Shown here one piece after another: positions 12,012 through 23,960 of a stretch of DNA of 64,000 bases (positions are counted from its first letter, which is position 1; every line of letters begins with the position of its first letter). Both the position numbers and the translations under genes were made by a program. This stretch comes from Octopus sinensis. Its lineage: Eukaryota. The notes under the pieces were generated by a model that saw nothing but the letters and a program-made list of their open reading frames with translations, ran no database searches and was not told where the DNA came from. The stretch spans positions 160,332,001 through 160,396,000 of the forward strand of contig NC_043000.1 in NCBI RefSeq assembly GCF_006345805.1, read 5' to 3'.

Positions 12012-14770
12012 CGGAATTCTCTCTCCGATAAACAATAAAGGCGTGGTGGAGGTGTTGCTGTGTATGTTAAGTCTGAGCACAAACCGTCCAGCGGTATTCT
12101 ACCCACTAATGCTCAATCTACAACAAAATTTGATGCCGTCTATTGCAAGCTGAGCCTATCTGAGTTTTGCCTGCCCGTGTTGGCTGTCTACAGGCCGCCT
12201 CTTGCCAACCACCGTGTTGGCTGTCTACAGGCCGCCTCTTGCCGACCATTTACTCGCAGCGATAAGATTCGTTTCAGCTTCGCATGACTGTTTGGTACTA
12301 GGAGACTTCAACGCTCCCACGATCGATTGGCCCGCATCAATTTGTACAACATCTTCCCGTTTCGGCCAGGCCCTTCTTGACGTGGCTGAAGATTGTTTTC
12401 TATCGCAACATGTTGAATATCCGACAAGGCATCGGTCTGGGCAGCAGCCATCTATGCTAGATCTGGTATTCTCCCGCTATCCAAGATCAGTGTCAGACGT
12501 ATCTGTGTGCGCCCCTCTTGCCAAGAGTGATCATGCGGTCCTGAAGTTCGTCATGCACACAACTTTTTCTACGCCCACGACTACTTCGCTGCCACGCAGA
12601 GTCTTCTCTGCAATTAATCTCGAAATTCTAACCGAGGCTTCCGCGCTTCTGGACTGGCGATCCCTGATGACGTTGTCCTCTGTTGACGAACTATGGTCAT
12701 CCCTCAAAGCATATGTAATCTGTTTGACTGACCAGGCAGTTCCCGTTGGGCTTCCCAAGAAGAAGAAACATAAGCCCTGGGTGACGAAGAAGGTTAAACG
12801 AGAACGTCGACTCAGAGATATTGCTTGGGCTGAATTCAAAAAACTGGATTCGACTGCAGCTTTTGAGGTGTACAAAACTCAACGAGACCGAGCCGTGAAA
12901 ATTGAAAAGAAAGAAAGCTTCAGTTATGAATCCAAAAACCTTCTTTGCCCATGTCCAGCAGAATTCCCGCTCGAACAACCAGATTGCAACGTTGGTAGAC
13001 TCAACAGGCGTATCGATTGAGGACCCTTATCAACAGAGTCAATTATTTGCCGAGGCTTTTTCAACTATTTTCAAACAAGATGATGGTCGTGAACCCCCTC
13101 CATTTGATAGATCGGTACCTCCAATGCTTCGATTGGTCATCACGCGGGACGAAGTCAAACGTGTTATTCAAGGCCTCGATGTCAACAAGGGTCACGGCCC
13201 TGACGGCATACACCCACGGGTTATCAAAGCGTTGCCTCCGGTCATCTGCGAGCCCTTAACACGACTATTCAATATGTCATTGGCGACGGGTGTTATAACT
13301 GCAGAAGAAGTTCAGAGGGGGGAAGAGTATCTTAGAAGCTGTTATACCTGCAGACTGGAGAACAGCGATAATCTGCCCAATTTTCAAGAAAGGGAGCCGC
13401 GAAGACCCGCTTAACTACCGACCGGTTTCCCTTACATCAATAATCAGCAAGATTTTCGAAACCATCCTTAAGAAAAGTATGATGCTCCACCTCCTAAACA
13501 CAGCCTCTATCTCTGATTCCCAACACGGCTTCGTGCCGAAGAGATCATGCTTGACCAACTTACTAGTAATGGAAGAATTGGTGACGCGCATCCTCGATGA
13601 TAGTGATGCTGTTGACATCGTTTTATTGGACTTTGCCAAAGCTTTTGACTCGGTAAACCACCGCCTATTACCTGTCAAGCTTCAAGCATATAGTTTCCAT
13701 CCGGATATTATACGATGGGTTGGTGCCTTCCTCTCAGATCGCTCCTTCCAAGTCCAAGTTAATGGTTCGCGGTCCGATGTCTCCAGTGCGAGCAGTGGCG
13801 TGCCTCAAGGTTCAGTGCTTGGGCCCTTGTTGTTCTTAGTCTTCATAAATGACTTGCCCGACGACCTCACGCAACACACCCTTCTATTTGCCGACGATAT
13901 CAAACTGGTCGCTCCTCGCGGTAGTATAGAGGATCTTCGTCGATGCCTCCACCAAATTTGGAAGTGGTCTAACGATTGGGACCTGTGTCTGAACGTGTCA
14001 AAGTGCTGTCATCTGCCTGTCGGCTCTACTCCTGCAACTCAACTTGATTTCGAGCCGGGTCGTCTGCTGCAGGAGAGGACCGATCAGGTAAAGGACCTAG
14101 GTATCTTGGTGGATTCCTCCTTTTCGCCTTCGGCCCAGTGCGTCCATGCTGCCAACAAAGCACGCGGAATTCTGTTCTTGATTCGACGGTCATTCGGAAT
14201 GCTCACAGCAGCCATATTCCTACCACTCTATGTCACGCTGTTGAGACCCATATTGGAGTATGGGATTCAAGCCTCTTCTCCTTATCTCCTCAAAGACATA
14301 CAGCATCTCGAAAAATTCCAGCAGCTGGCTACCCGCATGGTTCATGGTCTCAAAAATTTGTCCTACGAAGAAAGGCTGAGGACGCTCGACCTTTATTCTC
14401 TTGAAAAACGCCGCCGCCGTGGTGATCTCATTCTCGCCCACAACATTATAAGCGGAAAGTGTAACCTCTCGAAAGAGCTGTTCTTCACTCCTGCTCCAGA
14501 GCGTCGGCTGCGGGGTCATTCCGAAAAGCTCTACCTGCGACGATTTCATCTCAATCGAAGGAGAGGAGCTTTCTCCGTCCGGGTTGAGGATCCGTGGAAC
14601 AAGCTGCCAGACGAGATGGTGAAGATGCCGACGACCGCTTTGTTCAAAGCCTCCCTGGACCTCAAGTGGCCTGAACTCTTTACATGAACACCACCCTGTA
14701 CTTAACTCCATGTCCCCCTACATGGCCTTGCTATTTGCTTTTGCGCCAAATTAACTAACTAACTAACTAA
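12012..14770 (+). mobile_element. CR1-clade LINE ORF2 (partial AP endonuclease + reverse transcriptase), 5'-truncated, three frame disruptions, (CTAA)n tail
   Basis: EN motifs RGGGVAVYVK, VYRPP, LGDFNAPTIDW, LDLVF and SDHAVL. RT motifs NYRPVSLTS, LDFAKAFDSVNH, GVPQGSVLGPLLFLVFIND and LFADDIKL. CR1-type C-terminus YEERLRTLDLYSLEKRRRRGDL, RGHSEKL and WNKLP. Stop at 14687, then a short 3' UTR and taactaactaactaac. Confidence 0.95.
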
Positions 14771-15243
14771 CAAAAATAGAAAACTTTTAATAACGTTTTT
14801 TTATAAGTTTTTTTTAATCAATAACTTTAAATAAATAGAAGTGCTAATATATATTAAATATGTAATTATGCTTTACATCTTTTAACACATTTTATTACAG
14901 TTTCTAGATTAAGTAAAACCCTGATCATTAATTATATACATATATATTATTGTTGTATGCTATTATAATAGTAAATGATTGTCTTAGACATAAACGAGTT
15001 TGGATTGATATTATTTGAGGAAAATAGAAATACATTTCGATAGTTGCAGATTCTGCTTACTTAATTATTTGGTCCGTTATAATTTTATTGCTTTTTTAAA
15101 ATTTTTTAATGTAATTGATATGTAGTTGAATGGTTAACGCTTAAGCTAATAATACATAAACATTTGAATTAATTGTTTTACAATTTACCAATTCTTTCAC
15201 AGGGAATTCCGTCTTTCTACACAACATTGGCCCTGCTGAAGCT

Positions 15244-15319
<76 letters not shown>

Positions 15320-15431
15320 CATACATATAAGGGAATTGAATTGTTTATATAGCAAAGAATGTATATAACCTGAATTAAATTTTGGGCTTATGGATTTTTA
15401 AAAATAATTGTTTATGTTATATCATATCGTG

Positions 15432-15765
15432 AAGGCGCATAGTTCAGTGGTTAGAGAGTCGAGCTTACGATCGTGAGGTTGTACGTTTGATTCCTGGACC
15501 GGGCTGCGTGTTGTGTTCTTGAGTAAGACACTTTATTTCACGTAGCTCCAGTTCACTCAGCTGTAGAAATGACTTGTGATGTCAGTGTGCCAAGCTGTAT
15601 CGGCCTTTACCTTTCCCTTGGATAACATCAGTGTTGTGGTGAGTGAAGGCTGATATCGATGGACGACTGCTGGCCTTCCACAAACCAACCTTGCCCGAAC
15701 TTGTGCCTCGGAGAGTAACTTTCTAGGTGCCATCCCATGGTCATTCATAACCGAAGAGGGTCACC
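15432..15765 (+). mobile_element. tRNA-derived SINE with CORE-like segment (head type 2, tail type Y)
   Basis: ggcgcatagttcagtggttagag (A box) ..gtttgattcctgg (B-box-like), then cttgagtaagacactttatttcacgtagctccagttcactcagctg. Confidence 0.8.
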
Positions 15766-16035
15766 TCCTATATTATCTTATATTCGTAGTATATTATGTT
15801 ATATCATAATATAAATAAATTATTGGATCGTCATTTCTATCTCTATATTTAATTTATTGTTTGTAGTTTGCATTATACCCATATTCATGTTGTATTCAAT
15901 CGACGTACCAGTGAATTGGGTGGTTTACACACCCCGCTGAAGGAATTTTTTCCTTTGTATGTTACTTTATATGTATGCATGTATGTATATACATATATAC
16001 ACACAAACACACATTTGTACATACGTAAATATGTA

Positions 16036-16546
16036 CCGTAAATCCTCGAGTAAAGTCCCCCCTTCAGTAGAATAAGCAGGGGATTTTTAGGGGGCTGTAC
16101 CTCTGAAAACCTAAACCTTGTGTATAATACGCACCCCTTCCCTAACTTGAGTCAAGGAGGTTATTATAACGTCCTTGGTTTGTAAAAATGTATATGGTAA
16201 CGTCCTTTATTATTATTGTATATATAACATGATGCAAACGTGTAGCGTTTTTGTGCATTTTGTTTACAGAAAATAAAGAAATAACAGTAATAACATTTAA
16301 TAAATGTTGCTTACTGCAAGTTATGGACGATTCTTTTATGACTTCATTGCTTTCAGGCTTAGCTTCAGGTATTTTCGCGCCCGACATCACAAAATGCGTC
16401 TGAATAAACATTGCTGGACAGCAAATAGAGACTCGGACATTACTTAGAGAATATTTTTCATTTTTAACCTCGTATATAGTACGCATTAGGGATTTTGACC
16501 TTTAAATTTTTTGGGGAAAATGTGGATTATACTCGAGGATTTACGA
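16036..16546. mobile_element. pogo/Tc2-like non-autonomous DNA transposon
   Basis: TIRs ccgtaaatcctcgagtaaagtcc / ggattatactcgaggatttacga are flanked by TA at 16034-35 and 16547-48. The minus strand keeps GAKIPEAKPESNEVIKESSITCS, resembling the pogo transposase C-terminal IKKSFxxCGI region. Confidence 0.75.
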
Positions 16547-16635
16547 TATTTGTTTACCTATATATATGCATATGTGCTGTTCTGTATGTATGTAAACAAA
16601 TACATACCTATGTGTATAATATATGTGTGCTTGTT

Positions 16636-16684
<49 letters not shown>

Positions 16685-17189
16685 GAATTGCTTGATAACT
16701 GTTGCTGATTTTACTGTCCCGTAAGTTAGACGTTTTGGTAAAAGAGGCCGATTTCAAAAGTACCTGACTTTTCATACAGTAAGAACAGAAGTTGTTTTGC
16801 TTGACAGTATGCAAAATATATTCTGAAGACTAAAATCTTGCTACTTCGATGACTGTTTATTTTCAAACAAAAAAGGAAAATAATTTAATTGATCACAAGT
16901 AAGGACGGACAATGTTTGAAGAAATTGGTCAAAAAGATTGCTTCATAACTCCGTTGTCTGTCCACTTGCGCAAATAAAATATATTATGTTTTACAACTCT
17001 ATCCCATTTGCAGACAGGAGAGAAGATAATTTTGAGTTAATGGCAATCCTAAGGGCATTAATGAAGGCACTGAAGTAAAAAAGGGTTGTTGATGAGTATC
17101 AATTAACCTTTGACGTTAACAGTACACTTAAAAGAATTGTAGTGTGATCTGAGGAATCTTTCGAAATGTATACCTTGTTTCTGTCATGG

Positions 17190-17310
17190 ATAACATCATC
17201 ATCATCATCATCATCACCACCAGCAACACCACCACCACCATTACCACCACCACCACACCACCACCACCACCACCACCACCACCACCACCCCACCACCACC
17301 ACCACCACCA

Positions 17311-17347
<37 letters not shown>

Positions 17348-17440
17348 AAACACCACTACCACCACCACCACCACCACCACCACCACCACCACCACCACCA
17401 CCACTGCCGCCGCCGCCACCGCCACCACTACCGCCATTTA
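17190..17440. repeat. Compound trinucleotide microsatellite (CAT/CAC/GCC)n
   Basis: Directly visible; source of the poly-H/P/T/V ORFs. Confidence 0.95.
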
Positions 17441-18228
17441 CATAAAAATGTCCTATCTCTAATTATCGTCATCACCGTTGCTATCAACTTTATCGTAATT
17501 ATAATTGCCACTATTGCCATCGTAATTCTGAAAATATCATCCTTAGTAACCTGCTCCTTCATCATCATCATCATCATCATCATCATAGTTTTTATCTACT
17601 TTGATTAATACAAGTATCGTTTTCCTAAGATCCTTCGACATTTTCACCTCATCTGTAGACTACTCCTAATTGGGACAGTTTCATACGTCAACAAGAGTAC
17701 ATGCTTTGCCCTTAACAACACCATCAACGTGATATTAGGGAAATCAAGCAACAAAGTCTATTCCATTCGGTGTTACTTAGTGCTGGGATTGCGTGGGGAA
17801 CAAACAACACACCTCCACCAACGACATGAAATTCCGCCACCATCAAGCACCACCTCCACCTACAACCACCACCACCACCACCACCACCACTACCACCACT
17901 ACTACGACTACTAGAGCAACAAAAGTTACGACGGCACAACACTAACGGCATCAATTAGACAACAAGTACTGATAAGCCTCTAGATGTCACTTCACCTGCT
18001 AGAAATAGCAACTAAGTATTTTTTTTTTTGAATTGGTATCAAATGTTTTAACAAAACGTTGAATGTTTTGTGTCATGCCGTCCAAGTACATTATGCCAAG
18101 AAAAAAATATAATCAAAGAGATGGTTTGGTCACGGATGGAACACATTTGATAATACCGCTGTTTAATTAGCATTTGACCTTAAGTCAAAAGAAAAAAATC
18201 TACTACTACTATTACCACCACCACCACA

Positions 18229-18268
<40 letters not shown>

Positions 18269-18947
18269 GGTAACACAGTTTCCTCTATATGGGGACCACC
18301 CACAACACTTCACTTTTCATGTATTATTACAAGGGCTATGTCACTTAGTGCTCCCTAATATCGATGCAAGAAGGGGATAGAATTTCTGTTGGGTTCAGAT
18401 GAAGCGTGTCAAATGACCGTCATTGACACGACTTGTTTTTCTTCATATCGTTCCCCGTTTTCCTTTTGCACTTTTCTCCACTTTCTTCCTTCTTGACACT
18501 CTTTCTTTCACATTTCCTCTTTTATTCGCTTTCTTTTTTCTCTTTTACTAAGTTTCAGTGAGGAATAAAAAAAAATTTCCTTTAATATTATTTTGTTCTT
18601 TTATTCCCCTCCTCACCCACTCTCTCTCTCTCTCTCACTCTCACTTACTCACTCATTCTGTCTATCTCTCTCTCACACTCTCTCTCTCTCTCACCGACAG
18701 TCTTTTTGAATGTGATTTGTATATAGATACATGCATAAACTCACACGCATATACACAATTATACATACATTCTCAAGAACCTACTTAAATTCTTATTCAC
18801 ACACATTTTTATTGATATATATGAATATTATACATATCTGTGTGTGTATATGTACATTCTTTTTTCTTGTCTGTAGTTTCAGCTCGGAGCTGCGGCCATG
18901 CTGATGCACCGCCATTTTGCTACACTGTTATTACTGAGAACCTCTTC

Positions 18948-19027
<80 letters not shown>

Positions 19028-19347
19028 ACAGACTTATAGATAGATAGATTGATGGATAGATAAGAAGGTGTACATATGATGTATATATTTATATGCTTAT
19101 AGGACTATTGGAACAAGCAGGAGAAGCATAAATTGATGTATGAATATATACATGTTTTATATGTTTTAACCGGACATGAAAACACCCATAAGTACATATA
19201 AATGCACACAGATACACACGCATACACAAACACAACATACACTCACGAATTTATATGTATATGCATATGTATGTTTACACCTATACGTATATGTATACAC
19301 ATACTTATATGCATACATATATACATACATATATATGTATATATATG

Positions 19348-19380
<33 letters not shown>

Positions 19381-19394
19381 GATATATATATATA

Positions 19395-19433
<39 letters not shown>

Positions 19434-19681
19434 GTGCGTATGTATACATGTGTGGTTGTATCCGTGTGGGTGCGTATATATACAATATACGAGGGAACGT
19501 CTGAGTGTACCTATAGATGACATACGATGACAACTGTAGAAACATTGGTGTTTATATTATGAAAGAGATTTGCACTGAGATATTTTCATCAACCATAACG
19601 TTTATCCGATGCACACATCAATTTATCCGTGCTGATGTAACTATTTTCAGTACAACTACTCAAGTAGATTCAAGCAATATT

Positions 19682-19741
<60 letters not shown>

Positions 19742-20620
19742 GCACACCCACACATACACATGATATACATATACACTTTTTTTCCCGAGGTTTTTACGAA
19801 ACCCACATCTCGTAAGGTCGGTTAAGATGTTTATATGTTTTTATGAGGATGAAATAAACGAAAATATATTTCCCATTCATTTTACGGGGAAAATTAGCTT
19901 CTTTAATTTTACATTTGCGTATAAGTTGCCCAAGCTGTTTCATCTGTTGTTTATCTTTCCTTTTTCAGCAATGCCGTGCGGTTCCAGATGAATTTTAATA
20001 GCAGGGTCGATTTGCGCTTCTTGATACTGCTAAAGGAGAAAATATGCTTTGCGTGTCGGACCTTGAATGCCATTACTGGAAGGAAGTTTTGCATTATTTC
20101 CATTGTGTTGTGATATCTATAACATACTTTATATACCACCTACATTTAAGTCATTCGTTATTCAGGGTGTATTTCAGTACATTCGCAGTTACTGCCACGT
20201 TGTGGTGATTGCACAAGGTATTTCATTATAGTGTTTGTGTATTTGTAACCCAAATATTGACTAACCTTGTATAACTCATCTTGATAAAATTGCTTCTCAG
20301 TATTTTTCTATGTCTCTAACTGGACAATATACAATTTTTGTGTTAGAAATAAAAGTTCTATGTATGTTGTTAATGCACTCTTACGAAATAGGGGATTGAC
20401 CCATGTGATTTTTCTGCACCCATGACATCTTATTCTGGTTATGTGTTATGCGAAAACAGAAATGCTTTTACTGATATCGTATATGCTATACACAATACTT
20501 GTGTGCAGATAGTTGGGAACTTTGCTTCTCTATAGTCTCCTTGCAGAATGTTCAGCGTTGATCTCTCTGTCGCTCTTCCTCTCTCTCACAATTTCTCTTT
20601 CATATACACACAATCACACA

Positions 20621-20706
<86 letters not shown>

Positions 20707-21345
20707 GAGTCATACATTTTCTTAAACAACTCAGAGTAAACAGAGACGTAAATTTGGAAAGCAAATTAGAATAAGGGTATTGTAGAAAATAACATACCGT
20801 ATAATTACATGATTTATTGAAATTTTCTGCATTTTCAGAGAAGATAAAATATTGCTTTGTGGCCATTACGATAACTTTAGACATAAGTGGAGCCATTTTA
20901 AGCAGTTAAGATTTCTCCAGTATATATATTTATTTATTTATATATCAGAGTTAAAGTGGCAGTCCTGATTAGGACGATGTTAGTACCTTTTTTTTTGCCC
21001 CAGGAAACCATCTTTTCGAGCTGGCTACTGATGCACAACTGCGTCCTTATACATCGAACAAGGGAGCTAATGTTCCCACTCAACCTTAAACGAAAGCGAA
21101 ACCAGCACATAGTTTCCGCACAGAATAACCGTTGGCTAGAGATGGCAGCACTATGTTTTGTTCGTGGTGTATACTTTTCAAGTGACACACAGTCACCCAT
21201 CTCATAGAGAGGAAGGCAATTAGTTTTGAATCTCTGGTCGAGAAGTGAGTAGTAATGGTAATACACAGTAAAATCTATTTGTTAACGTAAAGTGGCGGTC
21301 CTAATTAGGACGATGTTACCTCCCTTCTTTAGCCCCAGATATACA

Positions 21346-21560
21346 TTTTACTTGTACTTGTTTCAGTCATTAAACTGCAGCCATGTAGAGGCATCGCCTT
21401 GGGGAATTTTTAGTCAAGTGAGTCGATCATAATATCTATTTTTTAAAGTCTGGAACTTATGCTGTCGTTCACTTTTGCCGAACCGCTAAGTTACGATGAC
21501 GTAAACACATAGATACCGGTTGTCAAGTAATAGTAAAAGATAGACACAGAGAGAAAGACA
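21346..21560 (-). mobile_element. SINE family A 3' half (diverged)
   Basis: ttttgccgaaccgctaagttacgatgacgtaaacac..ccggttgtcaag and ttttacttgtttcagtcatt match the reverse complement of the family A tail. Confidence 0.7.
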
Positions 21561-21595
21561 CACAAGCAGACATACATACATACATACACACATAT

Positions 21596-22175
21596 TGCTT
21601 CGAGTGCGTTGGTTTATGATAAGTGTCAGTTACAATTTGGTTACTGATATTTTTTATCAGAATATCTAAGAAAGTGAGCTGTTCTTTGCTATAGTCCAAT
21701 GTAAACTGAATGTTAGGGTTTATCCAATTTAGTATTGATTTGAATTCAAAAAGTGTATCAATGGTCTCATTGCAAATGATAAAGCAGTCATTCATATATC
21801 AATTCCAGTTTTCTCTTACATAATGATGAAATGGATATCCATATTTTTACAGTGACGCTTCATATATGGTTAATTCAAAATATCCGATTATTAAGTTCGT
21901 AAGAACAGGGGCTGCTTTCGTTCCCATTGTAATTTCACAATCATTGATAAGTGTCATCAAATATGAAATAGTTGTTCTGAAGTATAAATTTTAAAGTTTC
22001 AATAACAAAAACTTCATTTATGCGTCCCGAAAGTTCTTCGGGGTACTTTTCTAGCCAGATTTTTATTGCTTCTAGTCCGTAGTCATGTGAGATATTAGTA
22101 TAAAGATTAATAGCATCGAAGGAAACAAATAATCTCTTCATCGGTTGTTTTTGGAAGATGCTTAAGCTGAAAACA
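21596..22175 (-). mobile_element. Penelope-like element family 2, reverse transcriptase fragment (inverted part)
   Basis: LKHLPKTTDEE / LFVSFDAINLYTNISHDYGLEAIKIWLEKYPEEL..LKFILQNNYFIFDD and NDCFII..INPNIQFT..LTFLDILIK..TDTYHKPTHSKQY are Penelope RT and thumb motifs. Confidence 0.9.
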
Positions 22176-22199
22176 TAAATTTATCAAATGTTAAAAGTA

Positions 22200-23090
22200 A
22201 CCCAAATCGCTGAAAAGACTTTACACAACAACCATGAAATCAATGGTTGAAAAATGTGGACGTCCAAACTGTGGATATAACCCAATCTATTGGAAGGTTC
22301 GGAATTCCAGTTCAATCAAGGAGAGAGGTCCACAATTAAAACCAATTTAACTTGTGCATCCGAGAATTTAATTGATTGTTATAAATTGTTCAGGTATGGG
22401 CATAACTATATAGGATAAAAACACACTACAGAAGGAACAGATCCATTTCCTATTTCCCAAACTATAGACAGATACTTTTGAATGAATACATAGAAAGATA
22501 TGCAGGGAATCTCTTTAAAAATGTCACAGTCTTCCCCATCTACCAGTGCAAAGAAACAATTTCTGCATAAAAACGGTTAAATAAAAAAAATATTTATCAA
22601 AAAATATAAAACACGCCTGAATATGAATTCATAACCGACTTTGGTTTCAGTATATATTCTAATTCATGATCCCATATCCATCACTGCACACATTTCATCT
22701 CACTACTTTAGCTTATGAGTTTTTGTATGTTTACTTATCCCAACCCAAATATGAGCAGTTACCTCCCCTGTTCCGAATACTAACTATCACTAATTGCCTC
22801 CTCTTAGATATTCATACTTGTTGATTCTTTCACAAACTCTCATACAAAATGATGGACTAAAATATTCTTAACAAAATACAAAATTACAATAACTTCAACG
22901 TCATGATTAGCGAAAGCGAAACCAGTCGACAACCACAAAATTCTTTTATTTGAAATATATGAAAACTTTGTAAACTGCTTGCATTTTTTTTTTTTTTATT
23001 TTACTTATGTTTCGTTTGTTTTTGCATTAACAACTCAACTGACCACGTGAGAATAATCGAAATTCACCTCCTCCTTTTCTTACCATATAT
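22200..23090 (+). mobile_element. Penelope-like element family 2, GIY-YIG endonuclease remnant (22200-22634) plus 3' region/pLTR
   Basis: Frameshifted + strand translation gives PKSLKRL, VEKCGRPNCG, IKTNLTCASENLI, GHNYIG, VFPIYQCKET and KYKTRLNMNS*. The 3' boundary is approximate. Confidence 0.8.
22900..22930 (+). ncRNA. Minimal type I hammerhead-ribozyme-like motif with A3/U8 core
   Basis: GTC ATGATTA GC GAAA GC GAA ACCAGT C GAC: 3-bp stem I, 2-bp stem II with a GAAA loop, near-palindromic stem III and a GUC triplet. It is on the same strand as, and about 270 nt downstream of, a Penelope GIY-YIG. Confidence 0.6.
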
Positions 23091-23091
23091 G

Positions 23092-23140
<49 letters not shown>

Positions 23141-23241
23141 TCGCCTTGAATGTAATGATATATGAATATATATGGCGTGTACTGGTACACCGGCGATTAT
23201 AATTAATTTTATTGTATCACATTTAACTTTGTTTTGTATAT

Positions 23242-23338
<97 letters not shown>

Positions 23339-23434
23339 CGGGAAGCTTTATGAAAATAAACAAAAGACGAAGGCAGGTGGAAAACAACGAACAATTGTAT
23401 TAGTATGGCGCTCAGGAATATAAATAAAACAAGT

Positions 23435-23470
23435 CTTTAACGTTTCGAGCCTACGCTCTTCAACAGAAGA
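23435..23470 (-). ncRNA. Hammerhead-like motif in Penelope pLTR
   Basis: Minus strand reads TCTT CTGTTGA A GAGC GTAG GCTC GAA ACGT T AAAG, with a perfect stem II and palindromic ACGT. Confidence 0.55.
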
Positions 23471-23640
23471 TACACAGAGAGAGAAACACAGAAAGAAGGA
23501 GAGAAAAAAATGCGTGCAGTAGCTAACGAATCAACATGGCGATCTGATTTCGGCCAGAGGTCAAAGATCAAACATGAGACGCGAGAGCGAAATAAGGGGA
23601 GATAATAGGGTTGATAAAAGGGTTGAGGGACCAGCTAATA

Positions 23641-23960
23641 GTGCGTAGGAGGGGTCTGGATGTGTGTATGTATAGGGTTGGTGTATGTATTAGTATGTTA
23701 AAGGGTGTGTGTGTGTGTGTGTGTATGAGAGAGTATTAGTGCGTAGGATTGGTCTGGACGTGCGTATGTATGGGGTTGGTGTATGTATTAGTATGTATTA
23801 GTATGTATTAGTACGTATTGGTATGTATAAGTGTGTGTGGTGTGTGTGTATGAGAGAGTATAAGTGCGTATGCGGGGTCTGGACGTGTGTATGTATAGGG
23901 TTGGTGTATGTATTAGTATGTACTAGTATGTATTAGTACGTATTAGTATGTATTAGTTGG
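23641..23960. repeat. Three ~100-125 bp tandem units with nested TATTAGTATG repeats in the Penelope 3' region
   Basis: Units start gtgcgta..ggtctgga..gggttggtgtatgtattagtatg at 23641, 23739 and 23864. Confidence 0.85.

Noticed and set aside
14220-14711. Antisense and alternative-frame ORFs over LINEs (also 12531-12978, 47389-47970, 58295-58604)
   Set aside because: Shadow frames of the retrotransposon ORFs.
15432-15510. tRNA genes at A/B-box-like sequences (also 56809, 60700, 63120-63190)
   Set aside because: No complete cloverleaf; each runs into a repeated SINE body.
19488-19670. mariner-like TIR start (tacgaggga)
   Set aside because: No matching second TIR found.
19968-20120. Strong lone splice acceptors on the plus strand (also about 30629)
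   Set aside because: No consistent open exon with a matching donor; such signals arise by chance in AT-rich DNA.
21003-21244. Apparent exon (tttttgcccag ... gagaa|gtgagt) or hAT zinc-finger remnant (RDGSTMFCSWC)
   Set aside because: All three frames contain stops and the motif similarity is too weak.
23641-23960. CRISPR-like array
   Set aside because: Eukaryotic context, no unique spacers, no cas genes; it is a degenerate tandem repeat inside a retroelement.
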